A DNA stretch of 64,000 bases. Source: a virus. A model generated the notes under the pieces. It ran no database searches. It was not told where the DNA came from and worked only from the letters and a program-made list of their open reading frames with translations. Both the position numbers and the translations under genes were made by a program. Shown here one piece after another: positions 57,129 through 64,000 of the stretch. Each line of letters starts with the position of its first letter. Position 1 is the first letter of the stretch. The DNA lies in the IMG/VR virus record IMGVR_UViG_3300023196_003770, positions 1 to 64,000 of that record; one strand, given 5' to 3'.

Positions 57129-58112
57129 TCAAAGATTTAATGCTCTATCATAATCTGCGTCATACATCATATGTGCTAAATCTTTAAATGTGGTCTTCGG
57201 TTTCCAGCCCAATATTCTTTGAGCTTTGGCACTATCACCAAGTAATATTGGAACCTCATGGGGACGATATAAACGTGCATCAATCTTAAGATGCTCTTCA
57301 ATATTTAAACCGGCGTGTTCAAATACAACTTCAAGAAATTCTTTAACCGTATGCGTCTCGCCAGTTGATATAACAAAATCATCACCTTTTGGTTGCTGAA
57401 GCATTAACCACATTGCCTCAACATAATCTCCAGCAAATCCCCAATCTCTCTTTGCTTCAAGATTTCCAAGATACAACGTTTCCTGTTTCCCAAGCTTTAT
57501 ATTAGCTGCTGCAAGAGTAATCTTGCGAGTAACGAACGTCTCACCTCTTACTGGACTTTCGTGATTAAAAAGAATGCCCGAAGAGATATGAAGCCCATAA
57601 CCTTCACGATAGTTGCGGCAAAGATTATGTGCATATAATTTAGCAGCCGCATAAGGTGAAGCCGGTGTCATGCGAGTTTCTTCATTTTGAGGAACTTGTA
57701 TATTGTCACCATACATCTCTGATGATGATGCTTGATAGAACTTAGCTTCTGGACAGATTAGCCTATAAGCCTCTAGAAGCTTCAATACGCCGCCACCTAC
57801 TACGTCCAGGGTTTCCTCTGGAACCTCGAAAGAAACCCGCACGTGGCTCTGTGCAGCCAGGTTATATATCTCGTCTGGTTTATACTTGGCGAGAAGAGAA
57901 TAGATGGAACTTGAATCGGTCATATTTCCATATTCAAGTTTAAAATTTGGATGACTGAATATGTTAATATCATCAAGACGATCTGTTGTTATAAGAGAAG
58001 TTCGCCGCTTCATTCCTATAACACGATAACCTTTATCAAGAAGAAACTTTGCTAAATAAGAGCCATCCTGACCTGTTACGCCAGTTATAAACGCAGTCTT
58101 TTGTGTTGACAT
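57129..58112 (-). CDS. gmd: GDP-mannose 4,6-dehydratase
   Basis: ITGVTGQDGSYLA, YNLAAQSHVRVSF, QASSSEMYG, SPYAAAK, GILFNHESP.RGETFVTRKI, RDWG.A.DYV. Confidence 0.96.
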   Translation of the reverse strand: MSTQKTAFITGVTGQDGSYLAKFLLDKGYRVIGMKRRTSLITTDRLDDINIFSHPNFKLEYGNMTDSSSIYSLLAKYKPDEIYNLAAQSHVRVSFEVPEETLDVVGGGVLKLLEAYRLICPEAKFYQASSSEMYGDNIQVPQNEETRMTPASPYAAAKLYAHNLCRNYREGYGLHISSGILFNHESPVRGETFVTRKITLAAANIKLGKQETLYLGNLEAKRDWGFAGDYVEAMWLMLQQPKGDDFVISTGETHTVKEFLEVVFEHAGLNIEEHLKIDARLYRPHEVPILLGDSAKAQRILGWKPKTTFKDLAHMMYDADYDRALNL

Positions 58113-59086
58113 TATACTCCTCTTACATTTGGATATGCCACTTTAAACCAATCACAGGTCTTCTTTAAAGCAATATCAAATGGAGTATAGTCTTCTAGCC
58201 GCCAACTAGTTTTTTCTAATAATCTTTTATTTGAAGATGGTTTTCGAAACTGTCCAGATGGCTTATCTGTATTAAAAACAAGATCCCCCTCATATTCTAA
58301 ATATTCTAAGAGTTTCTTGGCAACTGAACCTATTGAGTGTTCTTCTGTATTGCCAATATTAAGAGGTTGATCTTCGTTATATTCTTCTGAAACCTTAACG
58401 AGAATACGGGCTATATCACCAGCATATGTAAACTCTCTTAATGGACGACCATCTCCCCATATTTCTACCGTAGGTTTATTATTAAGTTTAGCTTCCCATA
58501 TCTTTCTCATTAGAGCTGGGATAACGTGCCCATCCTCTAAATGGAAGTTATCATATTCTCCAAATAGATTATTTGGAATGACAGTGATATAGTTCACCCC
58601 ATACTGCTTACGATAAGCCCTTGTTTGAACGTCTAGCATCCTTTTAGCGTAAGCATAGCCAAAGTTGCTATCGTGCGGTGGTCCCATGTGAAGCTGGTCT
58701 TCTGTAAGCGGATAGGAGACATATGGAGCATCTGGATAAACACAGGTTGATAATACGGAAACTACTTTAGGAACAGAATATTTCAAACATGCATATAAAA
58801 CGTTTGTATTAATGGCAATATTTTCGTCATAAAAACTACCAACAAAATCTGTATTTGCTTTAACACCGCCGACTCGTGCAGCTAAGTGAAAGACGCATTT
58901 AATTTTGCTATATAATCCTTGTCCATCAGCCGCTTCATGCAATTGAAAATATCTTTCAGTTTCTTCTTTATATAAGAAATTCACTTCTTTTCTTGTAGGG
59001 GAAATGACTTGAGCGTTTGAATTGCTAAGATGGGAAATTAAAGCTTGTCCGACCAAACCAGCGCCCCCGGTAATTAAAATAGTCAT
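58112..59086 (-). CDS. fcl: GDP-L-fucose synthase-like epimerase/reductase
   Basis: TGGAGLVG, HLAARVGG..AN, STCVYP, YAYAKR, HVIPAL, WGDG.PLREF. Confidence 0.9.
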   Translation of the reverse strand: MTILITGGAGLVGQALISHLSNSNAQVISPTRKEVNFLYKEETERYFQLHEAADGQGLYSKIKCVFHLAARVGGVKANTDFVGSFYDENIAINTNVLYACLKYSVPKVVSVLSTCVYPDAPYVSYPLTEDQLHMGPPHDSNFGYAYAKRMLDVQTRAYRKQYGVNYITVIPNNLFGEYDNFHLEDGHVIPALMRKIWEAKLNNKPTVEIWGDGRPLREFTYAGDIARILVKVSEEYNEDQPLNIGNTEEHSIGSVAKKLLEYLEYEGDLVFNTDKPSGQFRKPSSNKRLLEKTSWRLEDYTPFDIALKKTCDWFKVAYPNVRGV

Positions 59087-59088
59087 AA

Positions 59089-59214
59089 TTATTCCAAGAT
59101 GATGAAAGCGAAATGTTTTTTCTCAGTGGTATCAATTCCTGTTTCTTTAACTTTATAATTGTTTTCTATCCAACGATAAACATTATAATTAATTGCCCAT
59201 ATGCCAAAAGTCAT
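59089..59214 (-). CDS. 41-aa ORF MTFGIWAINYNVYRWIENNYKVKETGIDTTEKKHFAFIILE (below track cutoff)
   Basis: SD AGGAGGT upstream; fills the gap between the FdtA-like gene and fcl; stop 2 nt before the fcl ATG. Confidence 0.5.
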   Translation of the reverse strand: MTFGIWAINYNVYRWIENNYKVKETGIDTTEKKHFAFIILE

Positions 59215-59236
59215 GTTAATACCTCCTGTAATCCTC

Positions 59237-59620
59237 TCATATTGAATTCAAGTAAGTTTGATAGTCCCTGATATAATCATTCGGATCATATTCTTCCGAA
59301 GATAATGCTAGTAGTGTAGTATTTTTTTCTAGAAATGTTAAAGTAGTCCAGGTCATTCGTTTTTCAAACACATACATTCCTTCTTTAAGGATAAAACTCT
59401 GTGTTTCTTTGCCGTCAAACAAATCGATTTTTATTCCGCCTGATAAACAAAATAATACTTGATCTGTTGCTTTATGGGCATGTTGTCCTCTAACATCATT
59501 AATTGGGACATCTTTAACATAAAACATTCTTTTAGGGACAAAAGTAAGATTGTGAAAATCAAAAGGAAACAATGCTCCTCTTGCATCACGATTACTTTTT
59601 AGTTCAGATAATATATTCAT
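59237..59620 (-). CDS. FdtA/QdtA-family sugar 3,4-ketoisomerase (cupin)
   Basis: DARGAL, KRMFYV, RGQHAHK..Q...C, L.L.S..YD..DYIRDY. Confidence 0.9.
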   Translation of the reverse strand: MNILSELKSNRDARGALFPFDFHNLTFVPKRMFYVKDVPINDVRGQHAHKATDQVLFCLSGGIKIDLFDGKETQSFILKEGMYVFEKRMTWTTLTFLEKNTTLLALSSEEYDPNDYIRDYQTYLNSI

Positions 59621-60647
59621 TGTTTCTAACTGAGAAAAGAAATTCTTCTACTCTCTGTATATCTGATTCACTTAAAAATGGATGACAAGGTATCGATATA
59701 ATTTTATCGGACACTCTCACTCCAGTTATGTTAGCATTTATACCATGCAGAGCCGGAATATCTGTGATATGGTTTTGATAATGAATCATATGAGGAATTT
59801 CTCGCTCATTCATTTCTTTTATAACCGATGCTCTGTCTTCAAACATTGATGTAAACAAATGATAAACAGACTTTGTGTTAACTTTGTATCCTTGAATTAT
59901 TTTCTTGTATCTAGAAGCTATTTCTACTCTACGATCATTTAAGGATTCAAAATGATTTAGCTTTGCCAACACAACAGACGACTGAAACTCGTCCATTCTG
60001 CTATTGATTCCAACAAATTCTATGTTGCCTTTGTTCTGACCATAGAATCTGAACTTTTTATAAAACTCAGACTGTTCTTTATCGTTCAAACATATCATCC
60101 CACCATCGCCCATGGAACCAAGAGGCTTTGTTGGATAAAAACTGAAAACAGAATAGTCTCCGACCTTACCAGAGCCAGAGCCAGTTGATTGAGCGCAATC
60201 TTCTATTAAGATATGATTGTTATCTTTACAGTATCTTTTGATACTCTCAATGTCGCAGTTGTTTCCAAATAAATGAACCGGTATAACTATTCCATTTTTA
60301 ACTTCCGGAAGTTTACTTGGATCAATTGTCATTGATGCATCAACATCTACATAATGAATATTGTCCGTAAGATTTCGACACGCCACAGATGTTGGATATG
60401 CTCCAAAGTTTGGCAGTATTACTGGCATACCAGGCTTAATTAAAGTTTTTACTAACATCATTATGGCATCAGTGCAATTTTTAACACCAACACCATAAGA
60501 CATTCCTATTCTTTTCGAAAACTCGAATTCTAGTCTTTCAAGCTGCGGTCCTAAAAGGTAAAACCCGGCTTCATACACTTTAGCTAATTCAGAATTAATT
60601 TGTTCCTTATATAGCTCATTTTCAGTTTTGAGATCCGTAAATTTCAT
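59604..60647 (-). CDS. DegT/DnrJ/FdtB-family PLP-dependent sugar aminotransferase
   Basis: IPVHLFG, IEDCAQ, SFYPTK.LG..GDGG, GINSRMDE.Q. Confidence 0.92.
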   Translation of the reverse strand: MKFTDLKTENELYKEQINSELAKVYEAGFYLLGPQLERLEFEFSKRIGMSYGVGVKNCTDAIMMLVKTLIKPGMPVILPNFGAYPTSVACRNLTDNIHYVDVDASMTIDPSKLPEVKNGIVIPVHLFGNNCDIESIKRYCKDNNHILIEDCAQSTGSGSGKVGDYSVFSFYPTKPLGSMGDGGMICLNDKEQSEFYKKFRFYGQNKGNIEFVGINSRMDEFQSSVVLAKLNHFESLNDRRVEIASRYKKIIQGYKVNTKSVYHLFTSMFEDRASVIKEMNEREIPHMIHYQNHITDIPALHGINANITGVRVSDKIISIPCHPFLSESDIQRVEEFLFSVRNNEYII

Positions 60648-61561
60648 AGTGCTTCTTTCAAATAGAGATCTAAATTTTTAATTAAACCATATGGCGAAAA
60701 ATATTCGTCATAAAGCTTTTTATTTGAGTAACATACTTCTATGACATTATGAGTACTCAAGTAATGTTCTATTATTTCATGGAGAAATGAAATTTGATTA
60801 GCCTCTATCACTATAGAATGTTTGCGCCAGTCAACAGATTTTTCTAACGGCAGCTTTAAATCAGAATTGATTATAATTGGTATTCTTCCTAAAGCCAATG
60901 TTTCGTATAAGCGATAAGAAAAATTTCCATTCCCTCTTATACAGATTCCAAACAATCCACTTAATAGATTTTCAACAAACTGTTTACGTGCTACATTTTT
61001 ATCTGAAACTTCTGGCGCCCAAAACCCATTACGATATAAAAAGTTTCTGCAAAGATGAAAATTTTCTTCTAAAGCTTTAAAGATATGATATCTGTGTGGT
61101 TCATTAAAATTTCCACAAAAGCTAATGGCAGAAAGTTTTAAGGCTTTTACGGTAGGTTCAACAAAATCAAATTCTTCACAGAAAGCTGGCATTATAATTT
61201 CATTCTGTTTAATTGTGCTTTTATAAGCTGATGTTCTAAACAAAAAGACTTTATCATTCGGAATGATAATCTCTCCATCATAATCATCATTATAAAAAGC
61301 TATGATAATTTTATCATTTGAAATTGCTTCTTTAAATGTTTTTGTTTGTAAATCCTTATGCCCATTTGACCATTTATAAGGAATCATAACAAAGTCCGCA
61401 GCTTGAATATCTGTTAATTCTAGAAGCTCCGCTCGGTGACGTAAGAAAGATATATACTCGGGCTTATCTTCAATCCGATCATGTGTCCAAAAATTTTCAG
61501 ATTTTGCAACCGGATCTCTGTCTTCAAGATTGTAATATATATTATGCATATCACAGCTCAC
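60644..61561 (-). CDS. exostosin-like glycosyltransferase (GT47)
   Basis: ISFCG, F.ICIRG.GNFSYRLYETLALGRIPIII....LP....DW. Confidence 0.8.
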   Translation of the reverse strand: MSCDMHNIYYNLEDRDPVAKSENFWTHDRIEDKPEYISFLRHRAELLELTDIQAADFVMIPYKWSNGHKDLQTKTFKEAISNDKIIIAFYNDDYDGEIIIPNDKVFLFRTSAYKSTIKQNEIIMPAFCEEFDFVEPTVKALKLSAISFCGNFNEPHRYHIFKALEENFHLCRNFLYRNGFWAPEVSDKNVARKQFVENLLSGLFGICIRGNGNFSYRLYETLALGRIPIIINSDLKLPLEKSVDWRKHSIVIEANQISFLHEIIEHYLSTHNVIEVCYSNKKLYDEYFSPYGLIKNLDLYLKEAL

Positions 61562-62156
61562 GTTCTAAAAGAAAACTATAGTAATCATTCGTCCACGAAT
61601 GTTGTTGTTTTATTTTAAAGCCATTAGAACTCAATAGTCTTTTAAAGCTAGAGATCGCTAAAACTAATTGATATGTTTTCCCAAAATAAGGAGAATCAAT
61701 TAAATTTAATTCATGATTTTTTCGAATACATTGACGATGTAATATTACTTTTGATGTTGCTTTTTTTAAAACTCTATCTAAAACTTGTTCACCATTTTCC
61801 AGAACATCAATAAATGCATTCATAAGAACTGTATCATACTCTTTCACGAATTCAAAATCAGAATCTTTAGCATCAAAAGCCACATATGATAGTTCTGGGT
61901 GCATAACCATTGAAACGTTTTTTATAGTACCTTCAAGGTCTGCACCAACATATTTAAAATTATTTACTAACAAGCTGGCTTCCGCAGAACAACAACCTAA
62001 ATCGATCATTTTTTTAGGCTGTGCAATGTCTATTAGATTTTTTAATATGCCAACATGATCTGAACTCAAAAGCTTAGGAAATAAAATGCCTCGGGCACCA
62101 TCTAACATTCTTGCATAAGAATCTTCGTTGGTCCAACATGATTTATCACTTTGCAT
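61551..62156 (-). CDS. class I SAM-dependent methyltransferase
   Basis: MIDLGC motif I, YVGAD, YD.VL. Confidence 0.7.
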   Translation of the reverse strand: MQSDKSCWTNEDSYARMLDGARGILFPKLLSSDHVGILKNLIDIAQPKKMIDLGCCSAEASLLVNNFKYVGADLEGTIKNVSMVMHPELSYVAFDAKDSDFEFVKEYDTVLMNAFIDVLENGEQVLDRVLKKATSKVILHRQCIRKNHELNLIDSPYFGKTYQLVLAISSFKRLLSSNGFKIKQQHSWTNDYYSFLLEREL

Positions 62157-63045
62157 TATATTCCTCTAATTCGTCCATAAATCTTTTTTGCAAGATATCG
62201 ATATTCTTTTTTATAGTATCTGGATGTTCAAGGTTAAATTTTTTAGTAAAAGCTTCTCCACGGACTTGAGGCTTGAACTCATGAACTCCAAGAAATTTCT
62301 TTTCTACTTCAAAGCGTTCATAGTCATTCTTTGCATTAACCCATTGCATATAAACGTTTTCAAAGTAGTTATCTAAGCAATTTTCTCTACTAACCTTTGC
62401 TTTATAATATTCTATTTTATTTGCAACTTGCTTTGGAAAAACATAGGAGTAATGATACATCTGAATTCCATGATCATAATACAATGTATCGCTATCTAAA
62501 TGTTTTTTAGGAAGAGGAGTTATACCTGATGGTGGATTAATAGTTGGTGGTCTATGAGTTAGCCACGTGGCACCTGGATAATATTTGAAGACTCTTAAGA
62601 AGTTATCTTTCTTCTCTTCAAATCCTCCTATAACACGATTTAAACCACCATAGAAACTGGCGCTACGTATTCCTACGCTTGTATATTTTTCCTTCTCCAA
62701 TAAAGAATAAAGCTTTAATATGTCTTCGCCTTTAAAAACTTCATCAGAATCTAGATTCCATATATAATCAATGTCCGAATCAATGTTTTTCATGTAAGCT
62801 TTACATTGATCGTCTTTTTCTTCAAATTGCCCATGAACAATTTTTATTTTCTTTTCTGGATCTGGAAAGTTATGAATGATATCGTTTGTTTTATCGGTTG
62901 AAGTACAACGACCTTTTTGTTGCCAAAACTTAACCGGTCCTTCTGCAATTAAAATTTGTTTAGCATATGGATATACAGATTCCAATGCTTCATGCAAAAC
63001 ATAATCACCTTCAAATACAATCATACCAAATGCAACTTTAAGCAT
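62146..63045 (-). CDS. glycosyltransferase, GT-A / GT2-like
   Basis: L.SVYPYA.QILIAEG, STD.T, DYIW.LDSDE (DxD), YHYSYV. Confidence 0.82.
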   Translation of the reverse strand: MLKVAFGMIVFEGDYVLHEALESVYPYAKQILIAEGPVKFWQQKGRCTSTDKTNDIIHNFPDPEKKIKIVHGQFEEKDDQCKAYMKNIDSDIDYIWNLDSDEVFKGEDILKLYSLLEKEKYTSVGIRSASFYGGLNRVIGGFEEKKDNFLRVFKYYPGATWLTHRPPTINPPSGITPLPKKHLDSDTLYYDHGIQMYHYSYVFPKQVANKIEYYKAKVSRENCLDNYFENVYMQWVNAKNDYERFEVEKKFLGVHEFKPQVRGEAFTKKFNLEHPDTIKKNIDILQKRFMDELEEYNAK

Positions 63046-63046
63046 A

Positions 63047-63985
63047 TCACTTTTTCTCCTGACGTTTTTTTACTAGTAATGCCATATCTTTTGTGAGGTC
63101 AAAATATTGATCATAAAGTTGCTTGATATATTCTGACGTTTTTTCTGGCACGCCCCAGATCCACTCATTTCTATATGATGAACGATACGTATTATTTTGT
63201 AAATCTGGAACAAAATGAGCAAAATGAAAGAAATATAAATCCTGTTCTCTTCCTTCCCAAACTAGCTTACTATCTTTGTATCTATGAAATGTTACATTCC
63301 AAGGCGCCAGATGCCCGACCAACTTATCAATAATACAAATTTTATCTTTTCCAAATATTAATGGAAATAGCTCTAAATATTTTTGGTCCCCACATTTTCC
63401 ATATTCATTAGCATATGGATTATTTGGATAGAGTAACAAATCTTTCCATAATTTTGCACAAGAATTTCCGTTAAAATCGTTCTTAAAGTAAACAATCCCA
63501 ACGTTATATTCTCCAACAGATGGTATGTATGTAATTCTGTGTCTTACAATTCCGATGCTTCTGTTTGCTATCTCTTCATAGATGCCCGATAGATCACGAT
63601 AGAAACACAAATCAGAATCAGCATACATTATATGCTCTAGACGAAGTATGTCCAAACAGTACCAGCAAAGATAGGGCGCTAGCGCCCAGCAATATTGAAC
63701 GTATCTTGGGTCTTTATTTTGATTAGATGCATTTGAAATAGCCTCTTGTGAAGCTGGCATACTTTCTTTGCAATATTTTAAGAAAAAGTCTGCGTTCTCA
63801 ACTTCTTCTAATGATAAAGCTATGAGTCTAGAATCATTCAGTCCGTTGACAATATTTTCAGCTGTTTTATCTAAGCAAAGGACGTATAAAGAAAAAGGAT
63901 TATTTTGTGTTTTCTTAAGAGACTCAAAAAGACACAATAACTTGATTATGTAATCTTTGTCTGATATGGCACAAAGATTTTTCAT
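63047..63985 (-). CDS. glycosyltransferase, GT-A fold
   Basis: L..SL, LYVLCLD, YADSDL.FY (DxD), YNVG.VYF, GDQKYLE, APWN, FFHF. Confidence 0.82.
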   Translation of the reverse strand: MKNLCAISDKDYIIKLLCLFESLKKTQNNPFSLYVLCLDKTAENIVNGLNDSRLIALSLEEVENADFFLKYCKESMPASQEAISNASNQNKDPRYVQYCWALAPYLCWYCLDILRLEHIMYADSDLCFYRDLSGIYEEIANRSIGIVRHRITYIPSVGEYNVGIVYFKNDFNGNSCAKLWKDLLLYPNNPYANEYGKCGDQKYLELFPLIFGKDKICIIDKLVGHLAPWNVTFHRYKDSKLVWEGREQDLYFFHFAHFVPDLQNNTYRSSYRNEWIWGVPEKTSEYIKQLYDQYFDLTKDMALLVKKRQEKK

Positions 63986-64000
63986 TTTAATCCTTCTATG

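Noticed and set aside
1-64000. Stop-codon reassignment (TAG or TGA), as in some huge phages
   Set aside because: Conserved genes are full length in the standard code, and TAA, TAG and TGA all terminate genes at plausible ends (e.g. terL TAG, lysS TGA).
1-64000. Eukaryotic giant virus or cellular chromosome origin (suggested by LysRS, the Mre11-Rad50 fusion and sugar genes)
   Set aside because: T4-like terminase, contractile-tail baseplate genes, a phage sigma factor, tmRNA and SD/sigma70 signals indicate a bacteriophage.

Overview
A 64 kb segment of a large, AT-rich tailed dsDNA phage of jumbo/huge myovirus type. It reads in the standard genetic code and almost entirely on the minus strand. 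From left to right: (1) a translation-related region with tRNA-Asn, tRNA-Ala, tRNA-Glu, two tRNA remnants, a class II lysyl-tRNA synthetase, a complete tmRNA (tag ANDNSYALAA) and HNH endonucleases; (2) a packaging/replication block with large terminase, Mre11-Rad50 fusion, primase, DNA methyltransferase, RuvC-like resolvase and gp4/TnsA-like nuclease; (3) a ~32 kb baseplate/tail module (gp5-, gp25-, gp6-, gp7-like, LamG, beta-propeller and tail-collar-like proteins) bracketed by an exact 32-bp direct repeat; (4) a gp55-like sigma factor; (5) a ~10.7 kb glycosylation cluster (five glycosyltransferases, Gmd/Fcl, FdtA/DegT, methyltransferase). Most notable: a GT4 gene has been invaded twice at its 5' end, once by an ORF-less 276-nt group I intron and once by an endonuclease cassette that carries its own promoter motif and a recoded replacement of the gene's first ~20 codons, leaving the original start stranded upstream. 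A [ST]-[GA]-S tripeptide is also strongly enriched in a subset of virion proteins, which could be a sequon for the phage-encoded glycosylation system. All functional calls come from motif recognition by eye; no database searches were run.
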